From Paraspadella gotoi (taxonomy: Eukaryota > Animalia > Chaetognatha), in contig CM119265.1 in the NCBI GenBank assembly GCA_051294375.1, positions 8,626,772 through 8,690,771 of the forward strand: a stretch of DNA of 64,000 nt, given 5' to 3'. Within the stretch, counting starts at the first letter, position 1. Each line of letters begins with the position of its first letter. The position numbers were made by a program, and so were the translations under genes. The notes beneath the pieces are model-generated. The model saw only the letters and a list, made by a program, of their open reading frames with translations, was not told where the DNA came from and did no database searches. This document shows positions 52,771 to 64,000 of the stretch, one piece after another.

Positions 52771-55700
52771 CTTTCGGTCGAACCTGTTGCCTTCGCCGTC
52801 GGAATCGTCGCACCGAAAGTGTCGAAACCGCCCTCTCCGCGATCCCTTCGAGCGAGACGAAAGGACAAAAGAATCGATTAAATTCCCTCCAGTCGGGACA
52901 ATGTCCCAAAACTCTGGACCAAAAGGCCCCCACATTTTTCTCGACTGACGTAGGGAACTTTGTCCTTTGAGGATTTTTTTGTTTTGTTAATGTTTTGAGT
53001 CTAGACGCGCGATCTCGTTTGTTTTATTGATGCCAACTCGCGCCGCTTTGACGAAAAAAAGGCATGATCAAATAAAGATCAGATGAAAATATTTTTTGTA
53101 AATTGTATCTCTTTTTATGTTTAGTCATTATTTTTTGTACGTATTTCTTTTCTTTCTCTGGTCTTTCTTTCTTTAGTTTTTCTTCAAAATTCTTTCTCCT
53201 TTCATTTGTTTCCAACTTTCACCTCAGATTTTTCAAATCCATTCCAACCTCCGTAAACCCTTCTCCATTTTTCGTTCGGCGTCCATTTCCAGATAGCCAG
53301 GCGGCCTAATAGTGAATAGCATTGTCTGTAAGAACGTCTGTAAAAAACGTTGTCTGTAAGAACGCTCATAAATTTATCGACGAAGTTTTAAGTCGAAAGG
53401 CAATTGAGAATATTCATATTTCATTCAGAACTGGTTTTTTAAAATTTTTATTTTATTTTAAATTGCTACTTTTACTACCGTCTTAAAACCTGCCCTCTCT
53501 GAAGGAAAAAATATATGTTCTGTCGCCTTCGTCTCGTAAGTCGCAGCAGCATGATTCGAATCTCCAACTCATATTCTATGTACGTCGATCGGACAATCAA
53601 GTGTCGACTAATGACCGAATAAAGAGGGCCAAGTACAGACCCTCGATATCCTTAAGTCAAACATCTCCGATCTCCGACCCCCTCTCCACTCCCTTACCCC
53701 GTTCCCGAACCAGTCTTTGGCCAAGTAGCGTCCAAGAGGTCATTGAGCGAAACATCCGAAGCAGAAGACAAATACTTTCGACGTATGGGGCCTCTAGCGA
53801 TTTATAACAGTGGATTTGAAAAATAATTGAGCCATAATTATAATAGTAAAGGCTGATAAATATTTGGAAACCTGTCTGGGGACAGAATTTTAACAATCTT
53901 TCGAATTCGAGGAACAAAATCGAATTAGGTACTAAATCATACGTAAATGCGTAACGGCTGTATGAGTATTTGTTGTTCAAATAGAGTCTTGTATTGTTAT
54001 TTTAATTTAAATCCGTAACAACCTAAATTAAGAAACAACAGGAACTTGGATCGCAGAAAAAAAAACTTTTACTTACATTTTATTTGATTTTTTATTTATT
54101 TATTTGTTTTTACTTTAAATATCAGTATTCGGCAAGTTTTGTTAAGCTTTCCTTAATCAACCTTAACATTCTTTTTCCCGAGAAATGAAGATCGATCAAC
54201 CGGATCTTCTCCCAGTCCCTTGCAATCCAACCGCACCACGATGCATTTTTGCGATGTGTGAGGCCCCCAAATATGTGAACTATCTCCTTCATTTTTAAGA
54301 TCGGTCTTCGCCCGTCATCTCCGGATGCTGGGATGAACATGGACCTCCCCGCGTGTCTTGGGGGTCTGTCTCATGAGATTTCAACTGGGGTTGCATTAAC
54401 AATAATTAATCATTGATCAACCATGTAAAAATCTTTTTTTTTAAAGAATTATTTAAATATGGCGAAGTGGTACAACGATAGCATTCACTATTTTAGAAAG
54501 ATCAAAGGCTTAAAGTTATATGTAACTACAAAAAAAAGTGGGTTGAGGTGACGGTCAATAAAGGGCGAGCGGTCACATTTCAATGGGTGGTCCGTCTAGA
54601 TATTTTCACGAGCCTACTCACTCGGCCTCCTAATAACACGACGTCGAGTCGTCAGACGGAGAAATGAAAAAAGTCATTAAGAGTCAGAAATTGCCGCTCG
54701 ATCATTTCCGAGAACAAAATTGCCTTCCGAGAGGAAGGGAGCTGGGGGTTCTTAATTTCGAGAGTTCCTTTGCTTACGTTGACCCGATGGCCGCCAGCTT
54801 CGCCTTCCGTCAAGTCATCCTAATTCATTTCCACAACGCCCCCCCCCCCCAGACAGCCCTCAAAAACGGTCTGGCCTCTTACCGTGGTCATTCGCTCCAC
54901 TTTAAAACTCGTTCGAGCCTTGTTTTCGAATCGCAGAAGAAAGGGCTCCGTTATCTTTGTTCGTTATCCAAGAGTTTTTCTCGTTTCGGCGCTTCCTGTG
55001 AACCCCCTTCTTTGTCCACAGGACTATCTCCATCTTTCACAAAGGAAATCTGATCGCCGACGCTCCTATTAGAGTTTATAAGGGTTCTTCAGCGAAAAAA
55101 GACGAGACTCAAATAAATTAGGCGTCCAACATTCTTGAAATCGTCATTACAATTTACAGATGATAAAATGTTGTTGTTGTTGTTGTTGGCGATATTACCT
55201 TGTCCGCGATTCGACAAAAAAAAACAACTTAAAATTGATGATTCCTATTTTTAGGCGATGGTCGAGCAAAGACTGGGCGACAAAACACGCTGTCAAATCT
55301 GATGAGAATACGAACGGACAAGGCAACGCCTCGTCTCCTGGAGAAGCGTCAAATTACAGCGGAAGAAGAAACTCGATGGAACTCATGGAGGTAACAATTT
55401 GAAATTAGTTAATAACAAAATCAAAATTATATTTACCAACAATCAACAATCAACTAAAACGAGATATGTATGTTGAAAATAAACGATTCGCATCTTATTA
55501 AAATACATACAAATCTCCGCAAGCAGCAGCGGCGACGCGACGGAGAGAGTGCCAGTCGGGATGGAGGCGTCCGCTCGCCGAAACGAAAACCGCGGCGCCA
55601 GCGGAAGGACGACGACGATCGAATGACCTGCACGACGGGGATCGCCCCTCGCGCCAAGATCAAGACTATCAAAATGACCCTAGGTCTTCGTCACTAGTAA

Positions 55701-56966
55701 TAAAATTAGGAGATCGATAACCTTGAACCGTTTGAAAATCAAAAAAATTGATTCATTTATAGCGTTCGTCCTTTGCTACTGCCCGTATTTCGTTTTCGAA
55801 CCTACTTCATGTCTTCGGAGTGATTCACCCGGAAACAGAATCACGGGCTTCAATGCAATGTTTGGCGACGCTCAATTCAGCCATAAACCCCATTATTTAC
55901 TCCATTTTTAATCCCAAAGTCTTGGACATGTTCAAGTGAGTTCGACCGAAATTAGTAATTTCACATAAACAAAAATGCTTCACTTTTAAAAGTACAATTT
56001 TTTCTTCTGCTGAAGGAATACGCGATTTTTGTCCGCCCATATGCAGAGTTTTTCGATTCTTCTGTAAACTTGCAACCGCGATTGTGCGACAGGTAATGCA
56101 CATGTAATTTACATATTGAATATAATATTCTAACATTTCAAAATGGGTTAATTTTATTTTCGCCGACCGGGGAAACCTCTTAACCCCACCCTTAAATACC
56201 CTAACCTTTAACCTTTGTTGGTAAAAATAAAAATTTAATAAAATATTAATTTTTTTGATTACTTTTACTTTCGCCAACAGGGGTTAAGGTTAAAGTTAAT
56301 AATGGCTTAGTGGTAGTTAAAATTAAAGGTTAAAAAAGGTTTAAAATTAAATTAAATAATAATTTGTATTAATTTTTTAAAAAATAAATATTTTTAAATT
56401 ATTTTTTTTCAAAATACGCCAAAACCACGGTCGGCGAAAGTAAAATTTTTGCCTACAAAATTATATCACTAATTCTGTAGGACCAAAGGGCGGCCGCCAA
56501 ACGTTCCCATTTCACTTACGGCGGCGTTTGCACGGAAAACCATTGTATTTGGGCGAAATCTATTCGGCGGACCACCCCCCAGAAGACTATATGTAACACC
56601 ACCATACCATCCCCAGCGAAGAAGGAATTGGTAAGAATAAGAATAATAAGAATTAGAATAAGAGGCATTTCAGATGAACGGATGTTTGATTGTTCGGCAG
56701 TCATATAAGAAGCTTCAATAATTAAATTTCCCATTTTCCACAGCAAGCACTGGTGGTTACGTATTCGGGCTCTATCGGAGGCAGCGGAAGCGAGAACCAA
56801 TCCTCGCCACCCGACGTTGGAGATTCGCAGAACGCACCCTCAACTGAACGAAAAATACGCACTCGCTTTAACCGCTCACGCGTTTCAAGAGGAAGCGACC
56901 AAAGTTTACAAATCCAATCATTACCTTTTGTCTGTTCCATCTTCTAGTCCCGGACAGGGTGTTTGA
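50844..56966 (+). CDS. CCAP-R: 3' half of a class A neuropeptide GPCR, CCAP/NPS-receptor-like; exons 50844-50980, 55255-55390, ~55524-55696, 55763-55935, probable last exon 56744-56966
   Basis: TM5 LYFTLVAVTVFFAPAIIILISYLGIVGTIWEKS. ICL3/TM6 GIAPRAKIKTIKMTL matches the CCAP-R signature GxIPRAKIKTVKMT. TM6-TM7 FVLCYCPYFVF...LLHVFGVI...MQCLATLNSAINPIIYSIFNP (NPxxY). Splice sites are AG/GT with compatible phases; a few single-base indels must be assumed. TM1-TM4 exons were not found. Confidence 0.82.
51701..51755. repeat. Short tandem GGCATTGCC(C) repeats
   Basis: TTGCCGGCATTGCCCATTGAC occurs twice with a partial unit in between. Confidence 0.6.
56145..56453. mobile_element. MITE with ~28-bp TIRs and an ~8-bp TSD, in the last GPCR intron
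   Basis: Left GGGTTAATTTTATTTTCGCCGACCGGGG; right end reverse complement GGCAAAAATTTTACTTTCGCCGACCGTGG. An extra TIR-like copy lies at 56263. Flanks are TTCAAAAT and TACAAAAT. Confidence 0.75.
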
Positions 56967-58358
56967 ACTTTAGTTACCCAAGCCACCCTTGGACGCTTAT
57001 TACCTTTCAGTATTTGTTTCGAAATGCCACATCCGACGCGGTTTCTCAGCCGTTCGAGTTGCAAACAAGTTGCATAGCAATTGTCAAGAGGCGAAAACGT
57101 TCTAAATGAAAGATCTCGTTTGCTATCTCCATTGTGCTAATCTGTATTAAATGGACCAAGGAAAAAAATCGACTGTTGTGTGTATCGTATAAGTATTTTT
57201 CCGTGTCCGACGTGAATTTGTGTGAATATGAAATAAAACTCGATAGTTTCGTCTAGCTTGATGTAATAAAACTATCTGAGAAACTGAACCATAATCATGA
57301 TGATGATAGGTCCTAGTATTAAATAAAAAATTGGATCGATAAAAATATATTTCACTACCAATTCCCGGCCGAGAAATCCGAAAATGAGATCAGGTTTAGC
57401 TATATTAGAAAAAAATAAAAATTGTGACTAGAAAATTACTCCTTGACTTGGCAATAGGCGACTAAGGCGTTTCAGTTCGCGGCTACATTCCAACGTAATT
57501 GACGCGTAAACTTTTGAACTTTTCGCCTGCAAAATCGAGTCTTTTTCCGAACAACAATCACCGACTCCGTTAAAAAGCCGTTGTTGACTGCCCTCAGAGC
57601 CTTAAGGCACAGTGGTCGAGCAGTCCGTCTCCGCCGAAGTCGAGTTCTCGAATGTCGCATCCGGAGACGATCTCGCCGCTGACTTTGATCCACACAGAGT
57701 TCCAGTCCTTAACGGGCACCTAGGGCTAGGATGGTATGCCATTGCCTCCGAAGAACCTCCTTAAGATAAAAAGACTGGTTGGTATATTATTCATCACCTT
57801 CAAGATCAAATTTAACCAAGTTGGTTATTTTCGTTGTATAACCTGCATTCCTTGCAAACGAAAGGTTCTCAGTGAGACGTGGCCATTGGCCCGATATGGC
57901 CCGTAATAAATCAAAACCTCCGCATTTCGGGGCATGCACAATCGTTGGCTACATTAACGTCATTGTTTGAAAAAAATTCTATGGTTTCCTGATTCAATCC
58001 TGGAATTAATTTTTATCAGAGAAAACGATTTTTTTTGTGTTTTAACCCTTTGCACAGGGTTACATTATATATAAAGCTGTCCAGTTTTTATGGCCAATAT
58101 TTATAAAAAATCCTAAATTTATGTAAATTGAATAAACCATATAAAATAATGAGCCTGATCTTGGAACAAAGTGTCGAACAATACGCTGACTTAGCTTTGC
58201 CACACTAGCAATTTGACTAGATTTTTTACTACACGAGACTCTGGGGGAAAAGTAAAAAATTCCATGAGCAGTATAACAATAAATGCCACCAATCGTTTTA
58301 CATAAAAAGGGATGATAAATATCAAACGTTACACCACAGAAGAAAACATAAAAAAAGC

Positions 58359-58533
58359 GGGAAAATTTTACTTCGCCGACCGGGGTTATGGCGTCTTTTG
58401 AAAAACCATTTAATAATTTTTATTTTTTTTAAAAATAAATATTTGTATCAATTACCTTAAACCTAAACAATTTTAATCCTAATCACCCTTAACCCTAAAG
58501 CTTAACCCCGGTCGGCGAAAGTAAAATTAACCC
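58359..58533. mobile_element. Shorter copy of the same MITE family, opposite orientation
   Basis: GGGAAAATTTTACTTCGCCGACCGGGG ... CCCCGGTCGGCGAAAGTAAAATTAACCC, flanked by the direct repeat AAAAAGC (58352-58358 and 58534-58540). Confidence 0.82.
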
Positions 58534-58681
58534 AAAAAGCAAGCTATCTGGTTGACTTGAGCTATTCCCGCCGCACCCTTGTTTGACGACCAATTAACCC
58601 CCCAGATTAACTATCCCTACGGTCGATGATTATTAAGTAAGGAAATGTTTTTTTTTAGTTTTGTACTACATTTCTTGTTCA

Positions 58682-61521
58682 TCATCCCGCAGTTCGGCAG
58701 GCGCTGCCTCGGCTCCGACCCGACTCGCGCAGTTGGCAGCACTTGGATCCGTCGCAAGGATACTCGCGAGATGACAGAGATTCGAACTTTAGCGGCTCTT
58801 GGCAGAAACTGCACGAGATCGTGCACATTGATTCAACGGCAATGAATTTCGCGCCCACACGTCCTGAAAAAAAAAAATTCAATCAAATAATTTACAATTT
58901 GAAAGCTTGGGTAGTACTATAATACATTTTTGTCGCTATTTTTTTTTTCAACGTTGAAGTTTTTCAATTATTTTAAGGTTAAACTAAAAATAATATAATT
59001 ACAGTATAAACTAAAACAAAAGTAAAATTAAACTAACCTTCATGGCCCGAACAAAATAGTCGATCATGTCGTCGTCGTGAAAGGGCGTCGGGGCATCCTA
59101 AGACGCTCCTCTCCCCACTTGACCGTAGGATAATTGATGGCTTGGACGTTAAATGTTCCACCGGTTTCGGAAATCGTGCATGGCCTTGGTGCTCAGAATA
59201 GGGTCGCCCACATGGACGGGAATGATGTGAGACGGACAGTGGATGACGGGAAAACCTTTCGTCGACTAATCGGTTTCGCAGAGTTCTTACCGGTTTCCTA
59301 TAACACATTAACAGGAGAAGATAACGAATAATTAAAATTTTTAATTTAAAATTAAATAAAATCATGAAAGCATAAAAACCATTATTTGCTGTAGCATTAC
59401 GTTTCATTCATGCCGTCAGTTTACTTTTTAAAAAAATCCCTTCAACATTTGGCTGCCAATGTTTCCCCACCCCTCCTCCCTTGAACAGACCTGATGTTTC
59501 ATCCTCAGCGCCCTCCCCTCCGACGACGACAGGATTTTGACTGCTCCCTCGCGCCGGCCAAACCGGTGGAGGGAGCGAGGTGGTGAAGATGAACCCGCTC
59601 CCGAAGGACCCGGACCAATTCGATTATGCGATTGCGCTTCCGGCCGACGTAGCCATCCGGACGGTTTTCCGTAAGCTTTTCCTAGCGTCCCCGAAAAAAT
59701 ATCGACCGTTTCCGAAGACAGGAGAAAATAAGAGAGAGAATGACCTTTTAAAAAAGCTTTAAAAATCTTTTTCTACGTAAATGATTGTCTTACAAAAATT
59801 GATAGCATAACTTTTATAAATAATAAATATTTCCGCCCGCCACCCCTGATCCAATAGAAAGTCGCGTTCGCGATGTGCCGGCGCCGTGTTTTCCATAAAG
59901 ACCGACCGCGTGGACCTCATCGACGAAAAGATGATGGCTCCGTGTTTTCGAAACATCGAGAAATATCCTTGAGTGGACACACGGCCCCCGTCATCGAGTG
60001 GACCGTCTCGAAAGCTACGATCTCGACGACTTGTCGACTTCGGAGAGCAGACGGTCCAAGTGCTCCGGGTCGTTGTGCCGAAAACGTGCTTCGGTGCTCG
60101 ACTGTTGCGAATGCCTTTTATCATTGATGCGTGGTTCCCGGCGTCGCTGAAGATGTGACAACCGGAAGCTTGGCGCCACGTCTCCAGCGCGGTATCGTTG
60201 GCAATGAAGCAGGAAGAGAAAATGCAGGCCCGTTCCTTGTGCATGAAGGTGTGCCAGGTCCGCCTCTAATCCTCGTGGAGGGTCGAGTTGCCGCCGATGT
60301 TCCGAGTTCCACCGGCGCCAACGCCGAATCGATCCACGGCTTGCGTGAACGGCTTTCATTACCTGTAAATATAAGGCAAACATTAGCAGGATAGAGTTTT
60401 CCCAGTTTAAATCTAAATTATTGTACACACTTTTGGATGTCTACTCATCCCAAGTAATCATTGCTACCACAGACGGTGATGTCCGACTCCGTCATCCGAT
60501 CGCGCGCGTAGGGAAATTGCATCGCCTTTCGATCAACACGCGGAAACACGCGATAAGTACCCTCTTGCTTTTTTTTGTCCAGTTCGCTCTTGCAGAATTC
60601 TTCATAGTCGAAAACGGCTGTTCAAAATAATGATTTTTTTATAAAAATATACCACGTTAGTTGTTTAGAATAGAAGGCAAATTAGTTGAACAATGAAGCT
60701 TTTTGTCTTTTTCTAATTAGCAATAAAGGTATTTCTTTAATTCTCAATCACCAATTTTTAATGGATCTAATATTTGAAACCCACCGCTAGAAAAAAATAT
60801 GTTTAATAAATGAACTGACTTCCACAAAATTTGATTCACCATCGCTAGATTTGCTCGGATCTTCTTTCTTTTTCTGTCCACCTATTTCGATTACGTCTTC
60901 CTGCAGACCATCCGAAGCTTTCGTAACAGCTTCAAGATTCTTCATCAAAAATGGACACTGCGATGCAGCGCTTTTTGCCAAGGAAACATTTTCATTTTCT
61001 GAATCAAAGTAATAATCACAATAATAGAAATACGTTGATTTTAATCATTTAAAAAAAAAATGTCCCTCTCTTGATAGAACTAATATTCTCACTTCCACTT
61101 GCTGTGGTCGAATCACTTGGTGAATTTATCCAAATCTTCATTAGGAGCCACCGCGGTGTGCATGAAGTTAGCACCCTTCTTTACAACCGAAGAGAGTTTC
61201 GGCAAATTCGTTCCGATGTATTTCCAGGATAATTCATTACCTGATCCACAAATAAGTAAATCAGTAAATCAGTAAACAAATTTAAATGAAAAGTATTTGA
61301 ATACCTTGGATACAGAGGGCGACTCCTTCCCGACGCCGTCACTTCCATCAGCAGCGTCGAAGCTGACCGTGTTGGAGAAGGCCCTTGAGGCAGCGCAACG
61401 ATGGCAGCGGTAATCTTTCCGGAAGCAAAAGGGCAGCATTCGGCGATTTAAGCACAGACGCCGGTTGAGTTTTGATCAGATTCATAGGGACTTTAGTCAG
61501 GAACGGACACCTCAGAGCCAT
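58682..61521 (-). CDS. ALAS: Mitochondrial 5-aminolevulinate synthase; approximate exons 61521-61305, 61240-61093, 60998-60840, 60617-60431, 60362-59846, 59706-59491, 59297-59038, 58863-58682 (many assembly-type frameshifts)
   Basis: MALRCPFL start; QCPFL...[10 protein letters not shown]; FDYEEF...[11 protein letters not shown]; SNDYLG..RHPK; GAGGTRNI; FSSCFIAND; [16 protein letters not shown]; FRHND; PLP-lysine motif [11 protein letters not shown]; [10 protein letters not shown]; [13 protein letters not shown]; VQAINYPTV; C-terminal CSFC..PLKFE. Confidence 0.95.
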
Positions 61522-63340
61522 TGTTAAACTGTCCAACCAACGGTCCAACGCCCAATATTTTTGTTTTTTCAGTGGTTTGGACTCTTTACAGGGTCTGTAC
61601 CTGAGCTTGACGAAAAAGGGGAGAAATTAGATGAAGCATTCGAGTCAAGTGAGCTCGCCGACTGTCAAGAAAACGGGAAGAGGATTTCTTTTATAGCGAC
61701 GAGTCTCGATTCCTGTATTGATCGAGGAGCTCGCCACTCGCACGGAAAAGAAAAAAACAACAAAATGTAAGGGAAGAGGAAGAAGAAAATAAAGAATTAT
61801 TATGGGAAGAAAGGATTGTTTTGAATAAATTCTTTTGATGGGTAAATTATAAATAAATAAATCAGGTCAGTCAACCCAGTATTGTATACATCCGTTTGTA
61901 AAGATATTGTACAGGAAGGAAGTTCAAAACAACAATCCTTTTTTTTCATATGTTAGCCTGATTTTTTGAAAGAACCCCTCCTCGACCTTGCGTCGTCAGG
62001 ACTTTACATTTTTCGGTTTCATGTTAAACTTATCAAATTAGAAAGCAGAATTTTTTCCCCTGCTAGATGAAAAGCATGCAAACCTAGCTAGTGTTACAAA
62101 TTAACTGTTAAGGTTTAACTTAAATATTTAAATAGTTTATAACTTTATGGTAAAAAGTGTGGTCGTCACTCGTAGCTATATACGTGCAACTGGCATGCAA
62201 AGTTTTTTTGAGGAAAAAGAAAAACATTTTAATTTTACTTTGTCCTGCCCTTTGCTGGAGACAAGACATGAGAGATTACGTCAAACGGTGATTTTACTGC
62301 CAAGGTTTTGACATTGCCTATAATTTCTTCACCATTCGAAATTTTATTTAAAACTTACGCCTTACCATATGGACATCAAGCTGGGCACTGTGGGGCAGGC
62401 CAAGGCTAGGCAAGGACGAATAAACATGAACATTTCAACGAAATCATTAAGGTTATTCCTGTAACAAGAAACACAAATTCACTGTGACGATTTACGACTT
62501 TTTTCGATCGTAGGCATTTATCAACTGTTGCTCGTGTGTTTCTTCTCTGAAATCTACTGAGAGCGTTCCCTTTTGACTAACGTTACAAACTATTGTCATC
62601 AAATAAAAGGAACAGCTTTAACGTATAAGAGGGGGCGTTATCCGATGTTTTCAAAATATTAACATCTGCTGACGATGATAACACGGTCCGCCCCTTACTC
62701 AAATTTCGTTTCATTATGGTAATATTGTTAGCCTATCATGGTAATTTCAAAAATTGTTTTAATTCGTTCTAAGACAAAACTTTCTCTTTTTTTTCGAAAA
62801 AAACATGAATGATGGAATTCGTTTGTCCAAAGCGGAACAACAAATCAAAATAAAATAAAAAGTAACTAATAAAAATAGTCAATGTTCAAAGTTATTCTCT
62901 TTCCTCGCGGAACGTTAATCAAGCTTTTTTTTCCCAGACAATATGAACCAGTATTTTACGATCAAGTGCCCGAACCTGTTTGTATGAGAGCTTATGAAAG
63001 AGAAGCAGACTTGAAGCTTGTGGGGTTTTCAGACTCGCTTTGGTAAAAAGTGGGCTTGAGAAACGTCGCCTTCACTGTTGTATCTCGCCATTAGTCGCAA
63101 GAGTTTTTAAAATTGTATCGTAAATTTGCGGAATTACGGTTTTTCGAGCCAGCTTACCAGATAAAGGGGGAAATCAAAATGAAGGGATTCGTTCGTTTTT
63201 ATCTGATTTTTTTTTAGAAGTAGAACATAAATATATTTTGCTGAAGTCTTTTTTTTTCCCCAGTTTTTATGTTATTTGAAATGAGCCTACTGTTTCTTTT
63301 GATTATTGTGACTTAAACTAACTAGAACCAAAAAGCGAAG

Positions 63341-63846
63341 ATGATGGACGGGTTGGACGACGGCCCGACCTACTGGCGGAGTCGACGCCGCCGGGCAAGC
63401 AACAAAACCTCGTGGGGAACGTTGATCTTCAACGTCGACAACTCGCTGTCGTCGATATTTCGACGCGCTCTCCGAGAGGGACAAAGTGAAATTCACGGGC
63501 CACACAAAAGTAAGTCGCTAAGTGCGGAAACAATGACGGCCTAATCCTAATAAAGAAAACAACCGATTCTTGGCTAGCTTCTTACTCTTTCTTCTCCTTT
63601 GCCCGCACCAACGACGCTGTCGGTGTTTCACAGCGCGAGTTTTCCGTCGTCCGTCAACACGAGGAGTTCATTTGGCTCCACGACTTGCTTCGTGGAGACG
63701 GAGGAGTTTTCCGCCTTCCTCATTTCCTCCGGCGCCGGCCCGTCCAGACTTTCGACGCACCTTCCAGAGAGAAACTGCAGAAACTCGGGAAGCGAGAACA
63801 CCATGACCAAGGAGGAGTTCAACAAAATGAAGGCCGAACTCGAGGC
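63341..63846 (+). CDS. SNX6: Sorting nexin 6/5 (PX domain), first two exons (63341-63509, ~63611-63846); gene continues beyond the window
   Basis: MMDGLDDGPDLL...DISDAL..RDKVKFT.HTK|GTAAGT, then FSVVRQHEEFIWLHD...PPAPARPDFDA.REKLQKLG...TMTKEEFNKMKAELEA. This matches the SNX5/6 PX domain, with several indels. Confidence 0.92.
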
Positions 63847-63856
63847 GTTGAGGTCT

Positions 63857-63968
63857 TTCATGAAATTGTACAACCAATATAAATTATCCATTCATTTTAA
63901 TAAATAAGCTATCTTGCCCCTGACTTTGGACAGGGCTTTGGTGGTTTAGCCTCCATCACTCTTACAAG
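63857..63968 (-). repeat. Copy of the dispersed ~115-bp repeat in SNX6 intron 2
   Basis: Reverse-complement match to 3687-3797. Confidence 0.85.
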
Positions 63969-64000
63969 TAATGACCATAGCAGGTCCCTGCAAGCTTTTC

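Noticed and set aside
53601-55072. Short ORFs within the GPCR intron as a nested gene
   Set aside because: No recognisable homology or consistent exon chain; cannot be supported without RNA data.
61650-61680. Iron-responsive element upstream of ALAS (minus strand CTTGACAGTCGGCGAG)
   Set aside because: The loop is CAGUCG, not CAGUGN, and the 5-bp upper stem with a C bulge is not formed. The CAGTGG at ~61570 is on the wrong strand.

Overview
Invertebrate (metazoan) nuclear DNA from a draft assembly. It is rich in (GA)n/(CT)n microsatellites and N-gaps (seven are exactly 25 N), and several stretches are indel-noisy duplicates of neighbouring sequence. Four protein-coding genes can be recognised by eye. 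(1) A two-exon Snail-superfamily Scratch gene (47270-49218, +; SNAG, two PxDL[S/T] motifs, five zinc fingers), with a frameshifted tandem copy at 40537-42527. (2) The TM5-to-C-terminal exons of a CCAP/neuropeptide-S-receptor-like GPCR (50844-~56966, +). Its 5' exons are not visible, so scratch may be nested in one of its introns. (3) An 8-exon 5-aminolevulinate synthase (61521-58682, -). (4) The first two exons of sorting nexin 6/5 (63341-63846, +). The first 14 kb is a large inverted duplication around a 25-N gap. One arm carries a 2.8-kb TTAA-flanked TIR transposon (Kolobok-like ends) and the other shows the clean empty site, so this looks like a recent or polymorphic insertion. Also present are a small MITE family with target-site duplications, a dispersed ~115-bp repeat, a purine-rich minisatellite and a perfect CRE/E-box palindrome. 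Most duplications and frameshifts look like assembly or long-read artefacts. I found no convincing wholly new system. The best leads are the possible scratch-in-GPCR nesting, the divergent GPCR and the filled/empty transposon site.
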